A DNA stretch of 46,148 nt. Origin: Thelocarpon superellum. Its lineage: Eukaryota. How positions within the stretch are numbered: the first letter of the stretch is position 1; every line of letters begins with the position of its first letter. The stretch covers positions 1-46,148 of the forward strand of contig JAPEUG010000103.1 in the NCBI GenBank assembly GCA_026025795.1. Direction: 5' to 3'. Positions 1-12,600 of this stretch are shown here, piece by piece. The position numbers and the translations under genes are program-made. The notes under the pieces were generated by a model. That model saw nothing but the letters and a program-made list of their open reading frames with translations, ran no database searches and was not told the origin of the DNA.

Positions 1-933
1 TTAATGACCATGTATCGACTCAGCCCGATCCAGCCCCATCGAAACCACCTCATCTGGCTCTGGTGCCCGTGAGTCATGGCCAGCTGCGCGGTCCGATATT
101 GGAAGGGCGAGCTGAGAAAGAGCAGTGGCGTGGGCGGCTCCCGTTGCTTCTTCCTCAACAAGATGATGTGGAGCATGGTCAAGGCCGAGTCAAAAACCGA
201 GAGGTACTTTCGGATGATGGTGGTGGTCGTGAGGGAGTAGACGGCAAGGCCCGATTGCAACCGACCCTGCCCTTTCGTCAAAGACGACAGGAACGCTCGG
301 GCACCATGGTGCAGCGAGATGTGGTTGACGTGGGACGATACGCCGTGGCCGTCAAAGGTGATGAGGACGTCGATGCTGGGCGTAGGAGCTGTCTTCGAGG
401 ATGAACGATGGCTCGCGGTGACAAACGTCTTCGTCAGAAGGTCCGAAATGTCGCGAGCATCCCAGTGTTTGCTCATGCTGTCAGGGAATTGGCTGCGGGG
501 TCATGTCAGCCGTCGACCACGAGACATGGACAAGGCAATCCATACGGGTCCTCCACCACCAACACGTCCTCTTCGCTGCGCAGACCCAGGATGACCCCGC
601 TCTTGGCGAGCTCTTTCTTGCGGGTCTCGCCCAAACCGTCGGCGTCACCTGTGATGTGAGGCCGGCAGTGAGCAATGAGGTCAGGACCGTCAGGACAAGA
701 CACGGCCACGTACCACTACTCAGACAGAGCACTTTGACATGATTGCCCATATCTGGAGCGGTCAGCGCCAGCAGCGTGGGCGCAAAGAACATGGCCTCGT
801 CATCGGGATGGGCGATGAGCAAGCAGATGCGCTTGCGGCGCAAGGTGGGGAAGATGGAGCGGGTGATTTGCGTGGTGTAGAACCAAAAGGCCGCGATGAT
901 GACCGGCACGAGCAATGAGCTCAACCATTGCAT
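1..933 (-). CDS. GPI12: N-acetylglucosaminyl-phosphatidylinositol de-N-acetylase (GPI12/PIG-L), 3' end runs off the window
   Basis: ATG 933; exons 933-714, 648-546, 492-<1 joined by GT-AG introns in frame. N-terminal TM, IAHPDDEAMFF, LCLSSGDADGLGETRKKEL, LITFDGHGVSSHVNH, HQSQMRWFRWGWIGLSRYMVIN. Confidence 0.95.
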
Positions 934-944
934 CACTGCGTCGC

Positions 945-1018
945 GGGACGGGGGTGGGGGTGGGGGTGGGGGGCCAGGGGGGAGGGATGAGGTGTGGAGG
1001 GTCGGGAGGGTCGGGGGA
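945..1018. repeat. G-run tract, (GGGGGT)n-like, between divergent genes
   Basis: gggacgggggtgggggtgggggtggggggccaggggggaggg directly upstream of the GPI12 ATG. Confidence 0.8.
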
Positions 1019-1225
1019 CGTAGAGTGGAGAGGTCTAGGGGTTCGAGCTACACTAACGACCCTGTACTTCGTACTACAGTTAACGTCTAAGCTGGAAGCT
1101 GGAAGCTGTACGCTGTCCGAGTAGCTCCACCGCCGAGACCTTCACCCTGTAGAACTGTAACTGTGTTACTCTACAAGCTGCCGAGCTCCATCAACCGCCG
1201 ACCTCTTCTCGACCTGCAGGTCACC

Positions 1226-1931
1226 ATGTCCTTCGTCCCCGGCAAGAAGAGCAAAGAAGCTCGTCATGTGTCCAACGAACTATTATTCAGGCACCCGCCG
1301 GAGCATCGAAAACGCCAAGTAGGAAAGTCGCTGTTTGAGCTGGCGGCAGAGCGACGGGCGCGGTTGGTCCAAGAGTCGCCGTCCCTGACCCAAACTCCTG
1401 CATCGAAGCGGGCCGCGGCCCAGCTCGACGATGATGCGGAAGTGGACGAGGCTGCCTTGGGCCCATTCGCCCAGGCCTTCTTCTACTCGCTTACCCTGAC
1501 CATGCTGCATTTCACCCTGGACGTGCTGGTGCATCATCAGTACCGGCAAGATGTCGACTGGAACATGATCGTGCGGCGGACGGCCGTTACCTTTCCTCGT
1601 ACGTCGTCGCTCCACCAGGCCATCGCATCGTCGGACCATTAGGCCATGCTGACGGCCCGTAGTGGTCCTTGGACTCGTATACACCCTCCATCCCGTGGCA
1701 CAGACCCACGTCGTCCCGTCGCAGCTCTTCTTCTTCGTCGTCTCCGTCGCCGCCGGCTGCTATCTCATCTACGCCACCAATGTGCAAGGCTACTTCGCCG
1801 TGATGAAACGTGCGCCACCGCTCGGCACCCTCTGGGTGTGGAGCGTGGTCGAGCTGAAGCTACCCTCTGCCCTGCTGAGCTTGATCGTGGCCGTGTTGTA
1901 TCTGCTTTATGGAAACTATTCGCTCGTATAA
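1226..1931 (+). CDS. Conserved fungal membrane protein of unknown function (DUF7719-like)
   Basis: Exons 1226-1598 and 1663-1931 (intron GTACGT...CTGAC...TAG). Motifs LTMLHFTLDVLVHHQY and GYFAVMKRAPPLGTLWVWSVVEL; several hydrophobic helices. Confidence 0.8.
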
Positions 1932-2228
1932 CGCGTGACATTGCAGGTCGTCATTTCCGGGAAGATGCAGTTGAACCTTCACCCTTCAGAGCGACCGCGA
2001 CCGTTATCTCCATGACACATGACACATGACACAAACACGGACACAGTGCCGCCCCAGGGATACGAGAATCCGATCAGAAAGGTACGCAGAATGATGCATG
2101 GTCCGGACGGCTAGCCTCCCAAGTCGCTCCAAACGCCAGTGACTTTTTCATCATGCAAGGGCACCATGTCGAGCCGTGCCAGAGAACAGAGGAGGAAAGG
2201 GAAAACTTTGGAGGGTCGTGAGGCGTCG

Positions 2229-3536
2229 TCAAGTAGCAGGCAGTCGCTCGAGATCCTCGTCGTCCAGGGGGGGTCCCACGTAATCTTCCATCTGGATGTA
2301 GGTGGGGGGCGAGGGCGGCACGTCGTCGTACATCGGCGGCTGTTCCTCGTCCCAGGAGATGCCGAGGCCGCTGCGCTCCGTCACCGGCAGCGCAAAGATC
2401 ATGCGCAGGATGCGCGCGGCGCCCGTGAGCGTGGTGACCTGCGGGGTCTTGGCCGGGCAGCACTCCTCCGCCACCACCAGCTCAAGCACCAGGCTGTGGG
2501 CGACGGTGAGCCCGCCCTGGGACACGACGTCGCACACGGGCCGCTTGCTCGTCCGGATCGACGCCTTGAACTCCATCTCCACCAAGCCGTCGCCCGTCGT
2601 GAGATCCGTCTTCCACCCGTTCTTGTACTCGTCCGAGCCGATGGTGCGGGTCTCGGTGTGCAGCATGCCCTTGCCCGCGCCGCCCAGCTTCTGCTCGTGC
2701 TTGGCGCACGCGGGCGAGATCATCTTGCACTCCTCCTCCAGGCGCCACGAGAGCTTGCGCAGCCGCCAGCGCGTCTGCAGCTCCCCGCTCGCTCGCACCA
2801 GGCCGTCCATGCGGAAGGCGATGGGGAACTCGCCGATGGGGTAGATGACGGGCGGGAGCGTCAGGTGCGCCGTGAGCGCCGTGGGCGGGAAGATGCGGAT
2901 GGAATTCCTGTCGTTGCCCGGCACGAGCGCGCGCTGCACCGTCAGCGATCGATGGAAGGGCAGGCACTCGCCCGTCACCGTCGTGCCCTGCGCCTCCAGG
3001 GCATAGTCGATGTCGGCCAGCGCGCTGTGGGAGCTGGCCGGGAGCCGGCCCGGCAGGAGATGGCTGAAGGGGAAGGCGTGCGTGCCCTTCTTCAGCGACA
3101 TGGCTTCGTGGAGGAACTCCCACTTGAAGAGGTCCACGACCTGGCCGGCGCAGTCCGGGCAGTTGGGGCACACGGGCTTCTTCGTCGTCGTCGTCTTACG
3201 CAGGGCCATGGTGAAGTGGGCCAGGCGGACCTCGGCCGTGTCGACGACGACCTTCAGTTGGCCCGAGAGGAGCGCGCCGGACGAGGTGCTGGCTGGACCC
3301 AGGAAGACGAGTGGCGGGGACTCGATCAGCATCTCCAGCCGCGCTGCGGGCGCCGGGGGGGGGCTTTTGGAGGCGCTCTTGGCGCTCGCCCGCCGCTCGT
3401 CGGGCCCGGGCCGGTCGTCGGAGGAGCGCGCGAGATGCTTCATGATGCGCTCGTCATGGTGAACATCCGCCTCCACCCACGCGCCCGAGGCGGGGCGCGA
3501 GCGAGCGATGAGAGAAGCAAGCACGCGGCCAGGCAT
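2229..3536 (-). CDS. LDB19: Alpha-arrestin / Rsp5 ubiquitin-ligase adaptor, Ldb19/Art1 family
   Basis: Intronless ORF. IESPPLVFLGPASTSSGALLSGQL, FPFSHLLPGRLPAS, SIRIFPPT, WRLRKLSWRLEE, TERSGLGISWDEEQPPMY..PPTY (PY motifs). Start chosen at MPGRV (3536); an in-frame ATG also exists at 3734. Confidence 0.88.
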   Translation of the reverse strand: MPGRVLASLIARSRPASGAWVEADVHHDERIMKHLARSSDDRPGPDERRASAKSASKSPPPAPAARLEMLIESPPLVFLGPASTSSGALLSGQLKVVVDTAEVRLAHFTMALRKTTTTKKPVCPNCPDCAGQVVDLFKWEFLHEAMSLKKGTHAFPFSHLLPGRLPASSHSALADIDYALEAQGTTVTGECLPFHRSLTVQRALVPGNDRNSIRIFPPTALTAHLTLPPVIYPIGEFPIAFRMDGLVRASGELQTRWRLRKLSWRLEEECKMISPACAKHEQKLGGAGKGMLHTETRTIGSDEYKNGWKTDLTTGDGLVEMEFKASIRTSKRPVCDVVSQGGLTVAHSLVLELVVAEECCPAKTPQVTTLTGAARILRMIFALPVTERSGLGISWDEEQPPMYDDVPPSPPTYIQMEDYVGPPLDDEDLERLPAT

Positions 3537-5706
3537 GACGAGCCCTTGACGCAGGCACGCGAACGAGCGCGGGGGCGAACGCTGAGTGGGCGAGCGGACT
3601 AGTCCGCGTTGCGCGCCCTTATCGACCTTATCGCGGCCACCAGCACCAATGCTTCGACCGCCCTCGCAATCGTTATCGGAGAATCGCTGGGGTCGCCGGG
3701 AAGGTGTCGGCCCCGACCGGGGACCCGTCCGCATTAGCCTGACCGGAGCAACGATGACGTGCCTTGGCAACGGTGCCACGATCGATGATAATCAGATGCG
3801 ATGCAGCCAAATCACCACCCAGATGGTGAGGAGCACTTCGTGACGGCAGGTGCGGCGCTGGCCATCACCGCCAGACCTCCGGCCCCCGTCCACCTTATAT
3901 CTCGCAGCGCGAGGGTCGCCGTGCCCCCGGTGGCCCAACCCTACCAGGCGGGCTCCGGGTGAGGCATAGTAGACGAAAAGTCAATTGGCCGGAGCGACCA
4001 CACGGGCCCGGCGGACAATGGCGACAGTGGTTCGGCAGCGCGACTCGCTTGGCCGGGCTGGGCTCGTCTGACCTAAGACGCCGAGGCGATCGCCGCTCTG
4101 GGGATGGCGACAGCTGACGCCATCCTCACCGCGAGAAAGGCTCGGTCGCCCGGTCACGCTGACCGGGCGGTAAAAGCAGCGCGGGCGAAGGACGTAGGGC
4201 AACGCTGGTCCGCGACGACGGAGATCCAGGAGAAGCCGGCACGGAGCGACGGAGCGACGGAGCGGGGCATGTTTGGCCAGCTGGGCCAGCGGGGGCCAGC
4301 TAAGGCCGAAGCAATCTCGCGCACTGGTCGTTTGCATTGTCGTGATGCATCACGTTCACCCATCGACCGCTCCCATTGCGTCGGGCGCTGCTCCGGCGCA
4401 GGTGCGACACGTAACAGCAGCGCGGTCGGCGCGACCACTGACACATAGTGGCCGACACCGTGCAAAAATTTTCCCCGTCGCTCGACGGCCAAATTTCCAG
4501 GTGGACGAGGTGGAGACGAGCAGCAAACTTTGCCCGGCCGAGTACCCGCCTCAGTCACGCGCCTCGAGTGATGAGGCGCGACGCTCGAGACGGTGAGCGG
4601 TCAGCCAGGTAACGTGCTTTTACGCGTACACGGCCCGAATGCAACCTGCAACGCAGCGAGTGCAGGCCGGCGAGCAGTCATCCGATCAGTCCACCATGGC
4701 TGCTCGTGGCTGACGTGCTGGTCCCGCTGCACAGGGCCCAACGCTATTACCCCACAGTTTGATGCTTAGCAGCCCGGCCCGAGTCATGGGCATCTCCGTC
4801 TCCGGTTTGCTCACGCCGCGTCTACGTCCCCCCATATTCTCACGCTCTATCGTCCGTTTTTTCGTCCCTCATCGCCCTCATCATCCGCTTTGTTACGCAC
4901 GCTTGGACATTGCTGTCTCAAGGCGACAGATGATGATGAGGAATGTGCTGGCGGTGACAGACGCTCAATGACGTCGCTGGCGGGCGTCGCTCGCATTCTT
5001 CTCGATGTACCTCGCCTCAGCGCTAGGCATGCATGCTGTCGGGCAACCCCGCAGTACAACCGCCCGTGCCAGCGCTTCAAAACAGAGGCGGAGATTTGGA
5101 GTCGGTAGTCGGGCCACGATGGTACGAGGACGAATGTTTGCCACCACGATCAGTGCTGGTACGAATGCCATTTCAATGTCATGTCTCTTATTTCGTACTG
5201 CCCACTAGGTACGATCCTGCCCAGGTGAGTCAGTGGCAGGCCACCGTAAGCCGCAGCCTGCTGCAGACCTGGCTGACCGCACGGGCCGAATGTAAATCAG
5301 ATCATGCGTGTCGACCATGGTTGGTGCAGATAGGATGCACGGTCAAGTAAGAAGTGAGATTTACGATGACCTCCGTGCAGTCGGAACGACTGCTCAACTG
5401 CCGTCAGACGGTCCGTGGCCACCGGGTTGACCTTGGACCGCCGTCTTAGTCAGATCACGAAGGGTTGCTATCGACCAATGAAGCGAAGAGGGGGGCAATG
5501 ACGCAGGTCTGGTATGCGGGAGTGATTCCGGCACGATGACGTATTTGTTATACTTTCCGCAGTCCTGCTTGGCCCCGCCGCCCTCGACTTTCGGACGCCA
5601 GGTAGGCTCGACCTGTCAACTCAAGCAGAGCTCAAGTCACCGTCAGCTTACACTTCCCACCTACCATACAGATTCACCTCATACGCTACGTGTAACCACC
5701 GTCTCG

Positions 5707-6505
5707 ATGCAGTCAGCAAACAGGGAGCCAAACGGCCCAGGCCAACCTGGCCAAGACCCGGCCTCTGGGTCGGCGGGACCGGGCACGGCGGGTCAGCCGT
5801 ACGATGTAGGGAATGACGATAGTAGGCAGTGCTGTTTCCGCTTGATCCCCGCCATGTGAGACGCTGACCGTCGCGTACAGCCAACACGAAGGTTGGCGGC
5901 GCTGGCGGCCTGAATGCGCAAGGAGTTGATAGCAATGTTGCCGACCAAAAGCCTTCATCCTCCAACGCGGTCAATGATGGTGCAGTCGGTACCACCGGTG
6001 GGGTCGACTCCTCCGTGGGCGCCGATCCGACCAGCGGGCAGAACTACCAGCAGAAGCAACAGGGCGCCGATCGACCGGCGGAGGAGCCTTCGGCCGAGGG
6101 AACGGATGCCATCAACAACAAAAAGAACACGGCGGAGCAAGCGCTGGATGGAGACCACCAGTCCGGGGAGCCTACGGATGCTGATAAAGACAAGGAGGAA
6201 AAATACCAGCAGGCACAGAAGGGGACTGGAGAGCAATGGGTCAAGACGAGCGGTGTGGCCGCCGATGGCGGTGACTTTGATGCCACCAAGCCCGGTGCTG
6301 GACGTGAGGCGGATCGTACGTGGAATACTTCATCATACCTGTCCCAGTACTTCACTAAACACCTCTGTCAGGCTTGCTCGAGGCGAAAGGTGTCAAGCGT
6401 ACGGAGGGGGCCCAGCCCGATCAAGATCAAAAGTCGGCTGGGGGCGCTCCTGGTGGTACAACCAGTAAGGTTGACAAGATCAAGGAGAAGCTTCACATCG
6501 GCTAA
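5707..6505 (+). CDS. Gly-rich hydrophilic (hydrophilin-like) protein, about 227 aa
   Basis: Exons 5707-5821, 5881-6315, 6372-6505 join in frame. Conserved-looking GTGEQWVKTSGVAADGGDFDATKPGAGREADRLLE motif; ends SKVDKIKEKLHIG. Confidence 0.8.
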
Positions 6506-7046
6506 GTACGAACTACCAAAACCTTTGCGGGCGTGAGGAACTGTCCGGGGTGGGGAGATTTCCATTTTCTTCGTGACTGTATTTCGGACAGCACAGGGCT
6601 ATTATTTTCTACGGGCGGCAGAAATGGTGAGCAGATCAGAGGGTCGTATCGTCTCTGGTCGTCTTTGCCCAACGTACGGTGTCATGAAAGTCTCCCGTCC
6701 TCCGTAGTCGTAGCTGGTCGTAGCTAACATGGCCATAGCTGGGAGTCGCCCGGCGTCCCGTTATCGATAGCACCCACGGGCACTGGTGACAGCCGTAACG
6801 CGGGCGCAGCTGCACGAGTCATACGCGAGTCATACGCGTGAATGCTGTCATGAGAGCAGCCAGTGGCCTCTTCGCGGATCACGCCGTGACTGATCTGCTG
6901 TGGTCCAATTCCATTCAATCTCCTTCTCTCCGTTGCATCTCGCCTTGGCCAGAATGATCATACGAATACCGTAACTCTCTGTGCGACCCGCATTGACAAC
7001 ACTTCCCTACCATCCTCGTAACATAGTCAACGACAAGAGCTGGACA

Positions 7047-9399
7047 ATGACAGCCGGAGCAGGCCCGCCGCCAGCCCATGAGCGGCGGAAGGGCGAATCT
7101 GTAAGGAATCAGCTCACATTCATCTCTTCCGGCCATCTGACTATTCGTCCCCGTCAGACCCTTCGTGACTTTGCCGACTATGTTGAGAAACACCAGCATC
7201 GCCAGCCCATAGTGGCCGTGGTCAACAAGCAGGCCGCGGCCCCGATCGACGAGGACCATGCCGAACTTAGCATTCTCGACAGTCTAGGCTTATCCGACTC
7301 CGTCCCACGCTTCCGATTGAAGGATCTGTTGCTGTCCAAGGGTCAGGTCCAGGGCGACCCCGAGGAGGACGAGCGGCTTGTCCAGCTCATCAACCTGCTC
7401 CAAGGGCGCCTCGACGAGGGCAATGGGGAGGCGCTCTTTGAGCTGGGCTTCGAACGGAATGGCGAGTCGATGAACCTCACTCGTGCCGAATGGGACGTGG
7501 CCATGGACCGATTGCAGCAGGCCGCGTCGGCATTGCACGCGGCCTGCCGTCTGCTCTTGACCCGCAATGTCGGAGGAGAGGTCGAGGCCGAGACGGTGCA
7601 TGAGAAGGAGAAGGGTGCGACAGGCAAGGTGATGATCCGTCGCAAGCCCGACACGGTCGAGGACGTCATCGAAACGAGGATCGCCGTCGTGGGCAACGTC
7701 GACGCCGGCAAGAGCACCATGCTCGGCGTGCTCGTGAAGGGGGGTCTGGACGATGGACGTGGCAAGGCGCGAGTGAGTCTCTTCCGTCACAAGCACGAGA
7801 TGGAGAGTGGTCGGACCAGCTCCGTCGGCATGGAGATCATGGGCTTTGACGAGCACGGCGAGGTGGTAGCCTCGGCCATCCCCGGCCGAAAGCTCTCGTG
7901 GGAGGAGATTGGGAATCGTTCGGTAGCAATCCCCCGCCGTGTCCGCGACGCATGACGGACGACCAGGACTGACCATCTCAGGCCAAAGTCATTACCTTTA
8001 CCGACTTGGCCGGCCACGAACGGTACCTGAAGACGACGGTGTTTGGTCTCCTCAGCAGCAGCCCGAACTATTGCTTGCTGATGGTGGCCGCGAATAACGG
8101 CATCATCGGGATGAGCAAGTACGCTTGTGTGCTTTGACCACTGAGCTTTGAGTAACGTGGATGCAGGGAACATCTTGGGATCGCCTTGGCCCTGAACGTG
8201 CCCGTGATGGTGGTCATCACGAAGATAGACATCTGTCCGCCGCATATCCTAGAGCAGACGATCAACCAGTTGACCAAGATCCTCAAGAGCCCCGGCGCAC
8301 GAAAGATTCCTGTGTACATCAAGAATCGGACCGAGTGCATCGAAACCGCGGTAGGAGCAAGTGAGAAAAGGAGAAAGGCAGCGTGCTAATATTGGTGCAG
8401 ACCCAGTTCGTCAGCCAACGCATCTGCCCCATCTTTCAAGTGTCGAATGTCACAGGACAGAGTCTGGACCTGGTCCGGACCTTTCTGAACATCCTACCGC
8501 ATAACGGACATTATGATGCCACGGCGTCGTTTGAGTTCCATGTCAACGACACCTTCTCCGTGCCGTTTGCAGGCACCGTGGTGTCGGGGGTGGTCAAGAG
8601 CGGTACGGAGGTCACAAGCACCAGGCACGGCAGGCATGGCTAAAGACGGTACAGGAGTCATTCACGCAGGCGACGCGGTGCTCGTGGGACCAGACTCCCT
8701 GGGTGCGTTTACAACGACGACCATTCGATCCATCGAACGCAAGCGGATCCAAGTCCCCGCCTGCTCGGCCGGCCAATCCGCCTCCTTCGCGCTGAAACGC
8801 GTGCGACGAAAGGACGTGCGGAAGGGAATGGTGGTGCTGCCCAAGCAAGAGCAAGCACCAAAGGTGTACCGCGAGTTCGTGGCGGAGGGTACGTCACACT
8901 TCCCTTCCACACCCATCATCATCATCCAGCCCATTGACCCATCTCCCCTCCAGTCCTAATCCTAAGCCACGCGACGACGATCAAGACGAAATACCAAGCG
9001 ATGTTGCACGTGGGCCCCGTCACGCAGACCTGTGCCATCATCGACATAGACAGGGAGCACATCCGCACGGGAGACCGCGCGACTGTCGCCTTCCGCTTCG
9101 TGCAGCGCCCGGAGTACCTGGCCGTCGGCGACCGGCTTCTCTTCCGCGAGGGCCGCACCAAGGGCCTCGGGCTCGTGAAGCAGGTTGGGTACGATCCGCG
9201 GTTTCCTCTGAATCCGGAGCTGCGGCCGCCGACTGTTGATGGTAGGCCCGGGAGTGGAGGGGGGGAAGAAGGACACGCTCTGGCCGGTGGGGCGTCCTCT
9301 TCATCTGCTACGGCCGCCATTTCTCCTACTGTTACTCCCTCCTCGACTTCTGCTTCGTCTCGAAACGTGGACACGGTGGGCACGGCCGGCGGTAAATAG
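7047..9399 (+). CDS. GTPBP1: Translational GTPase of the GTPBP1/GTPBP2 family
   Basis: Seven exons. G1 [23 protein letters not shown]3 DLAGHERY, G4 TKID, followed by EF-Tu-like domains II and III ([24 protein letters not shown]). Confidence 0.92.
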
Positions 9400-9565
9400 A
9401 GAGATTCAATGTTCAAGATACGAGACGCGAAGGCAACGATACATCACTACATACATACGTACATAGAGCGTTCGCGGCCCCACACGAACGACCCCGGCTT
9501 CTTCTGTCCTCTGTCCTCTGTGTCCAGAAAGACCCGACCCAACCCAAGGAAGGAGGAGGGGTAAG

Positions 9566-9604
9566 TAGGATAGGAAGGAAGGAAGGAAGGAAGGGAGGGA
9601 GGGA
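9566..9604. repeat. (GGAA)n/(GGGA)n purine microsatellite next to the RAD5 stop codon
   Basis: taggaaggaaggaaggaaggaagggagggaggga. Confidence 0.85.
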
Positions 9605-12600
9605 CTAAGAGAGCAACTCCTTGATATCCTCGATCCGTTGGATTTTCTTCTCTTCGTCACTCATCATGCCTAGCGAGCTTGCTCTGTCGGTCGCCACACA
9701 CACCGAGGTCAGCATCGTCCTCACCGTTGACGACATCAGAGAGGAGAGGCAGAGCAAGGGGAGAGGAGAGGGAGAAGGAGGCTCACATGAACTTCTTCCT
9801 CTCTTGAATCCTCAACATGCGATGTTCGACCGAGTCCTTGACGATGAACCGACGCACCACCACGGCTTCGTCCTGGCCCATGCGGTGCACGCGGTCGATG
9901 GCCTGCGCCTCGACGGCAAACGACCACCACGGATCCATGAGGAAGACGCGCTTGGCGCTCGTGAGGTTCAGGCCGACGCCGCCGGCGCGGAGCGAGAGGA
10001 GGAGCACCACGCCTTGCGAGTGCGCCGCGAAGCTTTGCAACACTGCCGCGCGCGCTTTCTGTGCCATCGACCCGTCGAAGCGTAGATAGGGGATGTGCTC
10101 CCGGCTCAGCGCTGGCTCGATCAGGTCTAGGAAGGAGGTGAATTGCGAGAAGACGACGGATTTCCTCGCCTTGTTCGCGCGGCGTTCCGCTTTCAGGTGG
10201 CTGATGAGGGACGTGATTTTCGCGGACCCGTTCGCGTTGACGCGCCGCAGCGTCGTGTGTGGCTGCGCTTGTGCGGGGTCGAGGTCGGAGGGGGAAGACG
10301 GCTCGTCGTGCTTCATCACCTCAAACACATCGCGTTGATTGATGGGTTCGCGGCAGTTGAAGCATCGTGGAAGCTCGCCCTTGTCCTTCTGATGCTCAAT
10401 GTAATCCAGTAGGCACTTCTTGCACGCGCTGTGCCAGCACCCGGCCACGGTCTGCTCGATCATCGGCTCTTCCGCGCAGATCGGACATTCGTGGTGTGAC
10501 TCGCTCTGGATCTGCTTCAGCACGTGCGCGCCGAATCTGTTGGCGTCTTGTTCTCCTTCGTCCGCGGTGAAGCGCTCAATGAGCTCCTGCAGGTCCATGG
10601 CGTCCGCTAGTCCGTTCGCCAGGTCCGCCGCGTCCGCCGCGTCTTCTTCCTCCGCTACGAGCGTCTGGTTCCGCGTCAGGACGGGATGGCAGCAGGATTG
10701 GCGGAGCCGAAGAATCTGCGCAAAGAGCGTCGAGTAGGACTTGAGCAGGGTGCCCGCCTCCACGTTGGCGGCAAAGGTGCGTTTGGCCCGCGTGAAGATG
10801 TGGTCGTAAACCTCGCGCTCGGCCTTGGAGAGCTCGACCTCCTCGATGACCACGTCCTTGGGCGGTAGCGGGACCAGGGCCTCCCCGTCCGGCGTCTTCA
10901 TGTCCTTGGTCCGTCGCAGCACCAGCGGCTCCAAGACCGTCTGCACCACGTCCAGTGCGCGAATGAATTCCTTGGACTCAAACGGCACGGTGATGAAGGT
11001 CTTCCAGAACGAAAAGTTGCTCCATGGCTCGACCTTGAGGAAATGCACCAGGCTAAACAAGTCCTCGAGACGGTTGACGATCGGCGTGCCCGTCAGAACC
11101 CAGCGATGCTGCGCCGCGATCTCGTAGCATGCCTTGGCCGTCTTCGATTGCCGATTCTTGATGTGGTGGGCCTCGTCGAGGATGACGCGGAAGAAATTGA
11201 GCGAAAACAGGCCGCCATGCGACCCACGACCGCCGCCGTTGGCCGTGACTTGGTTGAACTCGGACAGCACCACCCCGTAGCTGGTGATGACCAGGTCCGG
11301 CGCGGCGGCGGCGTTGGCTTCGCAGCATAGCGTCTGGAGATTGGCCGTCTTTTCGTTGCCGTAGTACACCACGGCCCTCATCGAACCGGCCTTGGAGGCG
11401 TGTTCGGCTTCACTGTGCCATTGCGCCAAGAGCGACATGGGTGCCACGACCAGAGTGGTGCAAGGCGCGCCTTCGACCGCGGACGAATCTCTCGGCAGGC
11501 GTGGGAGGTTGTTGACCGAGGTAAGCGGAGCCTTGGAGAGTTCACGCGCCACCTCCGACTGGTGCGAGTGCACGAGACTGAGCATCTCGATCGTCTTGCC
11601 CAAGCCCATCTCATCGGCCAAGATGCCACCCAAGCAATGCTGCTCTTGCACGGGAAACTCCAGTGACAGCTCCCCCGAGTAGGGATTGACGTAGAAGGTC
11701 TCCTGGTCCTTGACCTGGGGCACCTCATGGCCATCCACGTCCCTCCGCGGCCAGGCGTATTCTTCCCACAGCGGATGCATCGACACCTCTTGCTCGCTCT
11801 TCTCGTCTTTTTCCTTGCTCATCATCCAGTGCAGCGCTTGCTTCTGGTAGAGACGCAGATGCATGGCAAAGGTGTCCGCTGGCTCCGCAGCCGGCGTGGC
11901 AAAATCAAACGACTGCGCCTTTTTATACAGGGTGTCCAATTGGTCTTGTTCCAGCTCTTTCCCTTCTTCCGCCTCGTCCGACGGAGGGGACGACGTGCCA
12001 TCATCCGCCTTCGCCCGGGCGCCCCCATCTTTCTCCGGCTGCTCCGCCTCTTCGGCCGCCAGCAGCAGGCCTTGGCGCTTGTGCTGCTCCGTCGTGTCGC
12101 TAGTCTTACTCGGGAGCAGATTGGTCTCCTCGAACAGTTTCACCAGGGCGATCTGGCGCAGGCGCAAATCCTTCTCCTCTTCCGTCTCCTTGGCCTCGAA
12201 GATGCCCGTCGTTCGATTGTGGTCGAGGGGTGTAAAGGCGCGATCGAACGCCGTCTTCAAGATGGAACATCGCAGCTGCAAGTAGATGGTGTCGTTGATG
12301 CGGACTCGGTCGGGCGCAAAGACACACGCGCCTTCAAAATGGCAAATCTTCTGGTCGACCAGGGTGGAAACCCAGGCGGCCGTGTCTTTGGGCAGTCGTC
12401 CGATCTCCTCGCCTCGGGCGTTGGTGAAGCGCACGATGATATCGGTCCGCCGGTGCCAGGCGCTGGGGCGAGGAGGCGGCGTCGGTCCTGCTTTGGCCTT
12501 GCCTCCTCGTTTCACCGTGGACGAGGGCGGCTGGATCTTCTGCCGTTCAATCCGGACGCGTTCGCCATGACCGATCAAATTGGTCCCGCTCCTGGTGGCC

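Noticed and set aside
2011..2032. (CATGACA)3 repeat between convergent genes
   Set aside because: Ordinary short tandem repeat in a 3' UTR region.
2139..3602. 487-aa plus-strand ORF and other long ORFs antisense to real genes (e.g. 11727-12803, 13702-14565, 44320-45228)
   Set aside because: Shadow ORFs caused by high GC3 codon bias on the opposite strand; no recognisable motifs.
3850..5650. Many short ORFs in the long spacer upstream of LDB19
   Set aside because: Arg/Ala-rich random-looking translations with no consistent splice model; most likely regulatory DNA.
6814..6838. CGAGTCATACG direct duplication upstream of the GTPase gene
   Set aside because: Only two copies and no recognisable binding motif.
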